Assembly: GCF_963921235.1 (NCBI RefSeq)
Contig: NC_086108.1
Location: 36,706,001-36,770,000, forward strand
Direction of reading: 5' to 3'
Source of the DNA: Mobula hypostoma
Lineage: Eukaryota
DNA: 64,000 bases
The notes under the pieces were generated by a model. It did not search any database, was not told the DNA's origin, and was given only the letters and a program-made list of their open reading frames with translations. Positions 1 to 11,439 of the stretch are shown here, piece after piece. Numbering within the stretch: the stretch's first letter is position 1; every line of letters begins with the position of its first letter. Both the position numbers and the translations under genes were made by a program.

Positions 1-530
1 TCTAGTCCTCCGGGACCATTCCAGAATCTAGCGATTCTTTTAAGATCATTACTAATACGTCCTCTGTCTCCTCAGCTACCTCTTTTAAAATGCTGGGGTG
101 TAATCCATCAAGTCCAGTGACTTATCTACCCTCAGGCTTTTCAGCTTCCCAAGCACCTTTTCCTTTGAAATAGCAGCTACACTCACTTTTGACCATGACA
201 CTCTCGAATTTCTGGCATACTGTTGGTGCCTTCCACAGTAAAGACTGATGCAAAACACTTATTAAGTTTGTCTGCCATTTCTTTGTCCCCTATTATTACC
301 TCAACAGCCAATGTCTTCTCTTGCCTGTCCTTTATTTTTCATATCTCAGATAAAAGCTTTTGGTGTCCGCTTTTATATTATTGGCTAGCTTACCTTCATA
401 TTTCATCTTTTCTGTCCTTACGGCTTTTTTAGTTGCATACTGTTGGTTTTTAAAAGCTTTTGAATCCTCTAATTTCCTACGAATTTTTACTATATTATAT
501 GCCCTGCCTTTTCCTTTTATGCTGTCTTTG
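1..530 (-). mobile_element. CR1 LINE ORF2 fragment (between endonuclease and RT), decayed
   Basis: Minus strand reads ...KMKYEGKLANNIKADTKSF...LNKCFASVFTVE..., the CR1 ORF2 linker also seen at 9199-9693. Confidence 0.9.
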
Positions 531-559
531 AGTTGCGAGTGGCAGATGCATTGGCAATC

Positions 560-2860
560 ACCAACCACAACATGCAAGTTAGAGCAGCCAAGTGTTATGA
601 ATGTCAACCAAGGAGTCATATTGCAGCAGCATGCAAGTAACATAACAAATCAAATGATGAAGCAAAAGGCTCCTGAATGAAAATTGACGACGGTGATGAG
701 GAAAATTCTACTTAGAGTTTATATGCTGCAAGCACACATCCTGAAAAGCAAGTGTTTTTTATCAATAGTGAACACATTGAGGTGAATTTGGTACTAATGC
801 ATTTAGCCAATAATAAGCCAAGTCAAAATCAGTGTGCCTTAAAGTGGTAGTTGGGAGAAATTCCCAACTGTTGGGACACTTAATTTGCCCCTGGTTTGTA
901 AGTGAGTGTGGGTGGCAAGATCAATATGCTGGGTCATTTGGAGGAAAGGTGCCAAACTAATGCTGAGTAGGATTGCTAAAAACATCAAAGTACCAATAGG
1001 CACAAGGTACTCTATTCTTACACTTACTTTCCCTATGGCTATGTCATCTCCTAAGGATTTCCAAGCCATCATGCACAAAATAATATGGGAGATGAGCCTC
1101 AGGCAATATATTAGTAGCCACATATACCAAAGAGGAGAAGCTTCAAGTGCGAACGCTGCAGTAGTTATCCTGGCACCAGATAAAACCAGAGATAAACAAG
1201 TGTGTTTTTGTACACCATTTAGGGTTTCCTCATCCTAAGAGTGGATGCACATGGTTTGCAGCCTGTATAAGGGGAAGTTCAAGACATGGCAAGTCCTCTG
1301 AAGCCTGAACTTGCATTTACATTGAGGTCATTATACACATTTCCTACCAAATGCAGCAATGATAATTTTTCCACTTCATCAGCTATTAAAAACTGATGTA
1401 CTGTAGAATGGGGTTAAAAAGTAAAAACGTGCCATTGTCATGAATATGATACAAGTAATGATGAAGATCTATATCTTTGTCCACCACAATACTTCCTAGA
1501 ATCCAGGACAGTGCATGAAGTTTTAGGATTTAATACTGGGGCAGTCATCACATGATTGATGATGAACAGGAAAGATACTTCCACTTTGCCTCATGAAATC
1601 TGAAAAAGTTTGAACATGCTTATACCCAGATAAAGAAGAAACTCTTGGTTTCATATTCAGTTCCTTCTTGAAGCTGAATGGTATACTAAAAGAAATAAAT
1701 CTCAAATCATTTCTGGATGTGAAGTTGGCAATGGCAGCGTCACAACTGCAAAGGTGGACAATTTTTCTAAAGCAGAATACAATGACAAGCTTTGTCCTGA
1801 TTATCTCAGAGATTAAAGCAATGATTGATGATCCTTTTGCAGTAGCTTCTGAAATTGCAGAACAAGTAAGAACAAATCAAATAGCGTGTTGTACTTACAA
1901 ATTAACTCTTAGATGGTAGTCAGAATGGAAAAACTTGTAAAAATGAAGAACTAAGTAATTTTTATTCTCAATGAAACAAATTAATATGTAATTACATTTG
2001 TTTTAAATAGAGTATGTGTGTTACTCTTGTACTTTAAGAACAATGTTATTACTGTAATCATAGATGAACATACAGGAATGGTGAAAATTCAAGTAGTTGC
2101 TAGTAGTTTTCTGCACTTGTTTGGTTTAAAACATAATCAAGAGGGAGATGACGAGTCAATGTCACATCTATATGCAATACAAATCAATATCTGTGAAAAG
2201 AACATTGGCAAGAGAAACCTTTCCAATGTGTCTGTGAAGATTTCTGTGAAAAGGGACATGACAATTTTTTTTGTCTTCACTGTAAGTCATTCTAGCTGTT
2301 GGGGTGCTTTACCGTGAAATGTATATTCAAGGAGTTAAGAAAAATGTTTGCGTGTCAAGTTCTACCAGATGTAATGGTTTATGATAACAGACTAATTTTC
2401 CCTGTGCTAATTTCAAAATTGCTGCCAAACACGCATCCAGATCCACTGGAGCAGTTGAATGTTCTGTCTAGTAGTTAAAGAAGCCTCGAGGATATAAATG
2501 ATCAAGCACTCTCATCTTTTAGCATAGAATGTCTGGCAAATTTCCTGTTCAAATATATCACTACTTCCATAATGCTGCAAGGTACAGAATAGCAGAGCTT
2601 CTTGCTAAAAGGTTAAAAATGAGGTTAAGTTTAGTACAGCTGGATCTTGAAGAAGGGAAACAGTTCAAAAATGTCAGAAGATGATATTTCAAATCAGGTT
2701 CCACAGACAGATGATTCCAGGTCAACATCCACTTTTGAGTTTCGTAGAAACCACTACCAGGCAAATAAAATATTAAGATGGTTTTGCTCTCTGTGGTTCA
2801 AACTGCTGACATAAACAGACATGTAAGGTATGGTTTTAGCTGGAGATATACACAAATGAG
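560..2860 (+). mobile_element. Highly degenerate Gypsy (Mag/K02A2.6-like) LTR retrotransposon gag-pol fossil
   Basis: Motifs in Gypsy order: zinc knuckle CYECQPRSHIAAAC (593-634, CX2CX4HX4C); RT-like FPMAMSSPKDFQAIMHKI (~1030-1082); RNase H-like MAASQLQRWTIFL (~1731-1769); integrase zinc region HTGMVKIQVVASSF; integrase core KELRKMFACQVLPDVMVYDN (2329-2388); LANFLFKYITT..IAELLAKRLKMRLSL (2533-2633). Many stops and deletions. Confidence 0.8.
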
Positions 2861-3224
2861 TCAAAGTGTAGTCAAATGATGCCTCAGATTGTGTTATGTT
2901 ATCTAGAATAGATATTATGTTAGCACCATAATCATCAGAGTCCTCAAAGGTCAATACTTTTACTTCCATTTTTTTCCAAATTGCAGAAATTGGTGTGTCT
3001 GAAGAGAAAGCCCTTTGAACAGTTCTTTAGATAGGCTTGAAGGCGAGATTGTTTCTTCTGAAGATGCAAGAAGAACTAAAGGAGACTTATGAGAAGATTG
3101 ACCAAAGACTGCAAGACAGATGAGATCAGACTAAAGTTTGCAGGTTAATATGAAAACAAACTGTTTTTATTTTTTACTGAGGTGAATAGCCTCCAGTGAA
3201 TTTCAATGTCTGGACATGTGTTCA

Positions 3225-4423
3225 AAACCAATCAATAAGCTTCAAGACCTTGGCCTCAATACTAACTTGTGCAACTGGATCCTTGATTTTCTCACTTGCA
3301 AAACCCAGCCAATCTGGATTGGCAACAACATCTCCTACACAATCTCCATCTGCACTGGTGCACCATAAGGCTGTGTGCTTAGTCCCTGCTCCACTTGCTT
3401 TACACTTATGACTGTGTGACTAAGCACAGCTCCACTGCCATATTCAAACTTGCTAATTGTTAGCCGAATCAAAAGCGGTGACGAATCGACATGTAGGAGG
3501 GAGATTGAAAACCTGGCTGAGCAGTGCCACAATGACAACCTCTTACTCAACGTCAGCAAGATCAAGGAGCTGATTATTGATTTCAGTAGGAAGAAACCAA
3601 AGGTTCATGAGCTAGTCTGCATCGGATGACCAGAGGCTGAGAGGATGAAAAACATTAAATTCCTTGCTGTTATCATTTCAGAGAATCTGTCCTGGTCCCA
3701 GCACATAACTGCAATTATGAAGAAAGCACAGCAATACCTCTACTTCCTTAGGAGTTTGTGAAGACTGCGGTAGGCAAACTTCTATAGATGTGTGGTGGAG
3801 AGTCTATTGACTGGCTGCATCACAGCCTAGTATGGAAGCACCAATAACCTTGAATGGAAAATCCTACAAAAATAATGGATACGGCTCAGTCTTTCATGGG
3901 TAAAGCCTGCCTCAGCATTGAGCGCGTCGACATGAAGCATTGTCACAGGAAAGCAGCATCCATCATCAGGGTTCCACACCACTTAGATCATGCTCTCTTC
4001 CTGCTGTTGCCATCAGGAACAAGGTAGAGGAACCTCAGGTCTCACACTACCAAGTTCAGGAACAGTTACTACCCCTCTACTATTAGGCTCTTGAGCCAAA
4101 GGGGATAACTTCACTCAACTTCACTTGCTCCATCAGTGACATGTTCCCACTACCTATGGACTCACTTTCAAGGACTCTTCATCTCATGCTCTTGATATTT
4201 CCTTCCTATTTATTTATTATTATTATTTCTTTCTTTTTGTATTTGCACAGTTTTTTGCCTTTTGTACACTGGTTGAACACCCAAGCTGGTGTGGTCTTTC
4301 ATTGATTCTATTATAGTTATTACTCTATTATGAATTTACTGAGTATGCATGCATGAAGAAATATCTCATGGTTGTATATGGTGACACATATGTAGTTTAA
4401 TAATCAAGTTACTTTGAACTTTG
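3225..4423 (+). mobile_element. Rex1/Babar-like LINE, 5'-truncated (RT C-terminus and 3' UTR)
   Basis: [46 protein letters not shown] and KKAQQYLYFLRSL motifs; ends in a short ACTTTGAACTTTG tail. Confidence 0.85.
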
Positions 4424-4678
4424 TACTAATTGACTGGATAAACATCATGTCATATAGCTGCTATATCTTTGATACTTAGTAGTAAGTACTGATCTATATG
4501 TTAAAGCAATACATTAACTTTCCATGCTGTGCTGTCATTCTCAGAAGCTTGATTAAGTGACATGGTTGCAGTGCGTCTTTAGGAAGTCAAGCTGACGTGA
4601 GATGCTATTCCACCATTTTGCTCTACGTGTTCAGAAAACCTGGAAACAGTGCTATAGTTGGTTCAGAGAAGCTCCAAC

Positions 4679-5665
4679 TGTTGCAAAGGGGAGCGTAGGG
4701 AACGGAGCCAAGAACAGGACACAGACACGTAAGTAGCGTTAACAGAAGTGTGTTTATTAATAGTTGCCAGGAAAGCCGGGGAGTGAGGAATAAAAACTTA
4801 CATGGATGTGGATGCGGGACAACGAACATGAGGAGCTCGGATACGGAGCCAGGACTTGGACTTGGACTTGGACATGGAGCCTGGACTTGGACTTGGACCC
4901 GGAGCTTGGACTTGGACTTGGGCTTGGACTTGGATCCGAAGCTTGGACAGACTTGGACCCGGACTTGGACACAGAGTTTGGACTTGGACTTGGAAAAGGA
5001 GCTTGGACTTGGACTCAAGCTTGGACACAGAGCTTGGACTTGGACTTGGACACGGAGAGGCAGAATACACAACTCGGAGTAGCAGCAAATGGCCAGACCT
5101 ACTCAGCTGGAAACGAGACGACCAAACCAAACAACAACAGACAGTTCGAATCTTGATACAGAGTAGCTCATGAAGCGGCAAACAGCCGTTAATCACTCAG
5201 CTGGACACGAAGAGACAGAATTCCCAACTCAGAGCAGCGGCAAATGGCCAGGCCCACTCAGCTGGAAACGAGACGACTAAACCAAGCAACAACAGACAAC
5301 CAGCATCTTGACTCGAAGCAGCAGCAAACGGTTAGAAACACTCAGCTGGATATGAAAACGACAGAATTCACATCTTGACTCAGAGTAGCGGCAAAACGGC
5401 TGGCAACTCAGCTGGATACGAAAACGACTGAATTGACTAAGCAGCCACAGGCACCGAAGCAACTAAGAGTCCATGATTCTCGACAGCCCCTGGGATGAGC
5501 ACAGCCACACTGGCTATGGTGACGAACCAGCAGCGAGTAGATGTAAGCTGGAGTTTTTATGCTGCCAGTTCGAATGAGGATCAAATGCCCTAATCAAGGA
5601 GCCTAGTGGAACACTGGGAAAAGGAAATTAACTGAAATGAGGAGTCAACGGACTGTACCGTGACA
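4679..5665 (-). mobile_element. Solo LTR (Gypsy-type, about 990 bp) with internal tandem arrays
   Basis: TG...CA termini (TGTTGC / CGTGACA); flanks CCAAC and CTGAC form an imperfect 5-bp TSD; AATAAA on the minus strand at ~4753; no coding interior. Confidence 0.75.
4850..5052. repeat. Degenerate (GGACTT)n hexamer minisatellite inside the solo LTR
   Basis: Repeated GGACTT/GGAGCTT units; these produce the overlapping LDLDL, WTWTW and SPSPS ORFs. Confidence 0.95.
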
Positions 5666-5810
5666 CTGACAAAAGTACAGGCCCTTACCATAACACAGCC
5701 TGTTCCTACTCCCAGATCTCTGGAGAGTTGACTGTTCTCCAATTTGTAAAGGCCAGCAGGAATTGTGGAATACTATATCCAAGAAAAATTGAAAACATAT
5801 ATAATCTAGT

Positions 5811-6420
5811 TACAAACAAGAGAAAATCTGTAGATGCTGGAAATCTAAGTAACACACACAAAAGCTTGGTGGAAGGCAGAGAGAAACACAGGGTGATGGG
5901 TGAAATCTGAAGGGGGAAGGATGAAGAGTTGGGAAGTTGATTTGTGAGAGATACAGAGCTGGAGAAGGGGTATCTATTAGGAGAGGACAGAAGGCCGCGG
6001 GAGAAAGAGAAGGATGGCAGGGAGGGTGGAGGAGCACCAGATCAAGTGATGGATGGGCAAGAAGTTAAGGTGAGAGAGGGAAAAGGGGATGAAGAATGGT
6101 GAGTGGGGGGCATTGCTGGAACTTCAAGGAATTGATATTCACGCCATTGGGTTGGAGGCTACCCAGATGGAATATAAGGTGTTGTTCTTCCAACCTGAGT
6201 GTGGACTCATCACGACAGTGGAGGGGGCTATGGATAGACATATCAGAATATGAGTGGGAAGGGGAAGTGGAATTAAAATGGGTGGCCACTGGGAGATCCC
6301 ATATTTTCTGGTGAATGGAGTGTAGGTGCTCATCAAAGCAGTCTCTCAATCTCCGTCAGGTCTCACTGATATACACCAGGAGCACTGGACACAGTATATA
6401 ACCTCAACAGACTCACAGGT
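5811..6420 (-). mobile_element. Penelope-like element (Neptune-type) 3' fragment: GIY-YIG C-terminus and terminal repeat
   Basis: ORF 6065-6349 DLPVATHFNSTS...LRLEEQHLIFHLGSLQPNGVNI matches the endonuclease end at 27540-27720; terminal repeat sequence at 5811-5870. Confidence 0.9.
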
Positions 6421-6499
6421 TATGAGTTCAATGGGGCAGGAACAAGCTGAATCAAATGCTCTGGATCTTTTCAATGATTTCAGCTTCCCTGGTCCCTAT

Positions 6500-6699
6500 C
6501 ATCCCAGCTTGTTACTTCATCCCTCCTCTTTCAGGTTTCACCTACCACCTTGTGTTTCTCTCTCCCCTCTTCCCACCTTTGAAACCTACTCCTCAGCTTT
6601 TCCTTCTCCAGTCCTGCTGAAGGGTCTCGGCCCGAAATGTCGTTTCCATAGGTGCTCCCTGGCCTGCTGAGTTCCTCCAGCATTTTGTGTGTGTTGCTG
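6500..6699 (+). mobile_element. Penelope-like element 3' terminal repeat, inverted relative to 5811-6420; degenerate hammerhead
   Basis: Reverse-complement match to 5870-5940; contains AGTCCTGCTGAAGGGTCTCGGCCCGAAATGTC (6610-6641). Confidence 0.85.
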
Positions 6700-7519
6700 T
6701 AATCTAGTCGTTTCAATTTTCAATGGAAGAGCAAAACGCATATCTTTGTGCACTGATTTTGTCACCAGAATTGCTTCTGGTGTGCTTTTGTAAGTGGATT
6801 TGAAGTATCCTAATGGCCCTCACTGGATCCTCTCCTCAAACCGACCCTGAATGCTCTTTTCGTGACTGCTGTGGAAGTCACTGAACTATAATTTCCTGGC
6901 TTGTGTTTCACTCCTTTTCTAGATTAAGTTATGCACCCTTCATTTCTGGAGCCACATGCGTTTTCCTAAAAGTTCATGGGTGACCAGAGCAGGGGTGACT
7001 GTTATTTAGAATTAATTTAAAATGTCTGCAAGGGGACACTGGTGATTGAATAGCTTGTCATAGTCAAGGTCACTTTCATTAAGTGCCAAAGGCCATCTGG
7101 CTCCAGTAAATTCATAAGCTGTTAATGTGTCAAAAATATCAAGGAAACAGAAAAGCAAAATAAGTTGCCATCTGCCTTGTTTCAACAAATATTATGGCAA
7201 ATATATTTTAAGACATACATGCAGTGGCTTAGAATTCAAATTTGCAGTACTGGTGCCATATGACTCTTTAACATTACTTCATAATAGAGAGGCAGTGCAT
7301 TGCCATTATGTCCTGCCAGTGTACTATCTGTAATATTAATAACAGACAAAAATAATCAGCAAATCTGACACAGGCCTATTGCTTGTTTGACATTTGCTGT
7401 GCAAGATATTACAGTCCTACAGCTTGGAAAGAGGTCAGCCCAATGAGCTGCTCCAACTATAAAAATCCCATTTACACTAATTCCTAATTCCTTTTTATTA
7501 TCAATTCACCTCAGATTTT

Positions 7520-7700
7520 ACCACGTCGATTCACTAGGAACAACGTGCAGTGGGCATTTAACCCTTCGGCCCTCACATCTTTGGCATGTGAGAGAAAGCT
7601 CAACATGGTCGCAGGGAGAACGTAGAGACGTCACACAGTTGGCACTGGAGGTCAGGAATGAACCTAGGTTGCTGGACCTGAGAGATGGCTGCTCTACTAA
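7520..7700 (-). mobile_element. tRNA-derived V-SINE (HE1-like), decayed
   Basis: Minus strand has B-box-like GGTTCATTCC followed by CTGTGTGACG..ACGTTCTCCCTGCGACC, resembling the V domain. Confidence 0.6.
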
Positions 7701-7704
7701 GTTC

Positions 7705-10700
7705 ATAAGATCATAAGACATAGGAGCAGAATTAGGCCATTCAGCCCATCAAGTCTGCACCACCATTCTATCATGACTGATCCCAGATCCCTCTCAATTC
7801 CATACACCTGCCTTCTCGCCATATCCTTTGATGCCCTGACCGATCAGGAAGCTATCAACTTCTGCAGAGTCTGTGGCAGAGCATTCCATAGATTCACTAC
7901 TCTCTGGCTAAAAAAATAAATCCTCCTTACTTCTGTTCTAAAATGTCGTCTCTCAATTTTGAGGCTGTGCCCTTTAGTTCTGGATAGCCCCACCATAGGA
8001 ATAATCCTGTCCACATCCATCTAATCTAGTCATATCAGCATTCTGTAGATTTCAATGAGATCACCCTGCATCCTTCTAACATCCAGTGAGTACAGGCCCA
8101 AAGCTGCCAAACGCTTCTCCCCTTCATTCCAGGAATGGTCCTCATGAATCTCCTCTGGACTCTCTCCAATGACAACACATTCTTTCTGAGATATGGGGCC
8201 CAAAATTGTTGAGAATACTCACAGTGTGACCCGACTAGTGTCTTATAAAGCTTCAGCATTATCTCCTTGCTTTTATATTCTATTCCCCTCGAAATAAATA
8301 CCAACATTGCATTTGGTTTCTTTACCACAGACTCAACCTGTGAATTAACCTTCTGGCATCTTGCATGAGAACTCCTAAGTCCCTCTAATCCTCTGATGCT
8401 TGAATTTTCTCCACATTTAGATAATGGTCTGCACTATTGTTCCTTTTACCAAAATGCATTATCATACATTTCCCAATACTGTATTCCATTTGCCACTTTT
8501 TTGCCCATTCTTCCAATTTGTCTAAGCCTACTGCAATTGCATTGCTTCCTCAGCACTACCTACCCTCCACCTATCTTCATATCATCTGCAAACTTTGCCA
8601 CAAAGCCATCAATTCCATTATCTAAACCATTGACAAACAATGGGAAAAGTAGTGGTCCCAATATCGACCCCCGAGGAACACTACTTGCCACTGGCAGCCA
8701 GCCAGAAAAGGCCCTGTTCATTCCCACTCGCTGCCTTTTGCCTGTCAGCCACTTCTCTATCCACGCCTGTAACGTTCCTGTAACGCCATAAGATTATATC
8801 TTGTTAAGTAGCCTTATGTGAGGCACTTTATTAAATGCCTTCTAAAAGTCCAAGAAAGTGACATCCACTGCCTCTCCTTTGTCCACCCTGTTTGTAATTT
8901 CCTCGAAGAGTTCTACCAGATTTGTCTAGCAAGATTTCCCTTGACAGAAACAATGCTGACTTTGACTTATTTTATCATTAGTCTCCAAGTACTCTGCAAC
9001 CTCATCCTTAATAATAGACTCCAACACTTTCCAACCATTGAGGCTAGGCTAACTGGCTTATAACTCCCTTCTTCTACCTTCCCCTTCTTAAAGAATGGAA
9101 TAACATGTACAATTTTCCAGTCTTCCGGGACCATCAAGTAATTCTTGAAAGATCATGACCAATTCATCTGTTATCTCTTCAGCATCCTCTCTCAGGATTC
9201 AGGGATGTAGTCCATTTGGCCCAGCTAACTTATCCACCCGAAAACCTTTGAGTTTGCCTAGCACTTTTTCCTTTGTAATAGCAATGGCACTCACTCCTGC
9301 TCCCTGACACTCATGGACCTCTGGCACACTGCATGTGTCTTCCACAGTGAAGAGTGATGTAAAGTACTTATTAAGGTTATCTGCCATTTCTTTGTCTCCC
9401 ATTACTACCTCACCAGCATCATTTTCCAGTGGTCCAATATCAACTCTCACCGACCTTTTACTCTTTATATAACTGAAAAAACTTTTAGTATTCTGCTTTA
9501 TATTATTGGCTAGTTTGCCTTCATATTTCATCTTTTCCCTTCGTATAGCTTTTTTAGTTGCTTTTTGTTGGATTATAAAAGCTTCCCAAACATCCAACTT
9601 CCCACTCACTTTTGCTAACTCATATGCCCTTTCTTCAGCTTTTATGCAGTTCCCTATCCCTGCCATTTGAGAAATTATTCTTCTGTCGGCCATTTCTATC
9701 CTTCGCCTTGTGAACTATTTCCAGAAATTCAGATACCTCTGCTCTGCCATCAACCCCACCAGTACTCTCCTCCACACCACCTGGACAACCTCTTCTCTCA
9801 TCTCTGTAATTCTCTTTATTCCATTGTGATACTGACACATGATTTATGCGCCTCCCTCTCAAATTGCAGTATGAATTCAATCATATTATGATCACTGCCT
9901 CCTTAAGGGTTCCGTTACATTAAGCTCCCTAATAAAATCTGGATTATTACACAACACCCAATCTAAGATAGCCTTTCTCGCCACTGCCTGGTGTGGGAAC
10001 TGTACCTCCCTTAATCACAGGATTCTACAGAGAGTATTGTGGACAGTCCAGCACATCTGTAGTTGTGAACTTCCTATGATTCAGGACATTTACAAAGACA
10101 GATGTGAGAAAAGGGCCCGAAGGATCATTGGGGCCCCGAGTCGCCCCAACCACAATCTATTTCAGCTGCTACCATCTGGGAAACGGTACCGCAGCATAAA
10201 AGCCAGGACCAACAGGCGCCGGGACAGCTTCTTCCACCAGGCCATCAGACTGATTAACATGATGATTTGAGTGTATTTCTATGTTACATTCACTGTTCTA
10301 TTATAAATTACTATGATTGCACATTGCACATTTAGACGGAGACGTGACATAAAAATTTAAGCTCCTCATGTACGTGAAGGACGTAAGAAATAAAGTCAAT
10401 TCAATTCAAATTATTGAAGCCCCACATTACAATTGTGAATTACCCTTATTACTTGCCTTTTCCAGCTCTCTTTGCAATTTCAACCACACATCTTGGCTAC
10501 TATTTGGAGGCCTATATATGATTCCCATAAGGGTTTATTTAACCCTTGCAATTTCTTAACTCCTCCTACAAAGGTTTGACATTCTCTGAACCTATGTCAC
10601 CTCTTTTTGAAAATGTAATTCTATCCTTTACCAACAGAGCCACACCACCGCCCATGCCTTCTTGCCTGTCCTTCAGATATAAAGTAACTCCTTTGATGCT

Positions 10701-11010
10701 AAGCTCCCAACTATGATCATCTTTCAGCCACAACTCAATGATGCCCGTAACGTTATACCGACCAATCTCTAATTGCGCCACGAGTTTTTCTACCTTATTC
10801 TGTAAGCAATGTGCTTTTGATTAGAGCATCTTCAGTCCTGCATTATTCGCTCTTTTGAATTTTACCTCTGTGGCACAATTTAACTCTTTGCTCTGTCTGG
10901 ACTTATGCCCAATCATTTGTTTGTCCTTCCTTACATTCATGTTACATCCATTACCTGCTTTTAAACCTGCTGGCTCATCTTCAGTTCTATCATATTGGTT
11001 CCTATCCCAA
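7705..11010 (-). mobile_element. CR1 LINE ORF2 (endonuclease + RT) with internal deletions, interrupted by a Rex fragment
   Basis: 3' tail (CATAAGA)n at 7705; RT motifs VPRGSILGPLLF and KFADD on the minus strand; endonuclease N-terminus MAQLEIGRYNVTGIIELWLK..GGGVALLVKD at 10566-10781. Confidence 0.92.
9981..10410 (+). mobile_element. Rex1-like LINE 3' end inserted in CR1
   Basis: LFQLLPSGKRYRSIKARTNRRRDSFFHQAIRLIN; AATAAA followed by a (CAATT)n tail at 10389-10410. Confidence 0.88.
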
Positions 11011-11439
11011 GTTGCCTTCCTCTGAGATACCAGCTGAACTTAGAACATTTAGGGTGATATGTGACCTTAAAGGAATCACATGGTAAAACCATAAGATCTT
11101 ATTGCCTGAGTGAGTAGCGAGAAACTTCTCCCCACTTCACTCCATTCCTGATTCCAGGCTGTCCCACTGCTCTATGAACAGCACTGATAGAAACCTGTGT
11201 TACTGAGTTTCCATCTCTCTGAGCTTGACATGTATATTGGAGTTGATGCTAAGTTTGGTCACATAATTATTTCATGATTGCTCTTTGGCAGTTTAACTCA
11301 ACAGCAAACATGAAGGAAAGGCAAAATGGAACAACAATGAGAATTTGGAGACCCAAGTAACAGAGTAATGTACACAAGGTCAAGGTAACAGCATTCTAAA
11401 GGGTGAGAGTGAGCATCCGGAAGTTGTAGTACATTTTGG

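Noticed and set aside
4623..5196. Six overlapping 70-150 aa ORFs with LDLD/WTWT/SPSP repeats
   Set aside because: They arise from the stop-free (GGACTT)n array inside a solo LTR; no evidence of a gene.
5058..5460. CRISPR-like repeat-spacer pattern (ACTCAGCTGGA recurring)
   Set aside because: Vertebrate LTR context; the spacers are themselves homologous and irregular; no cas genes.
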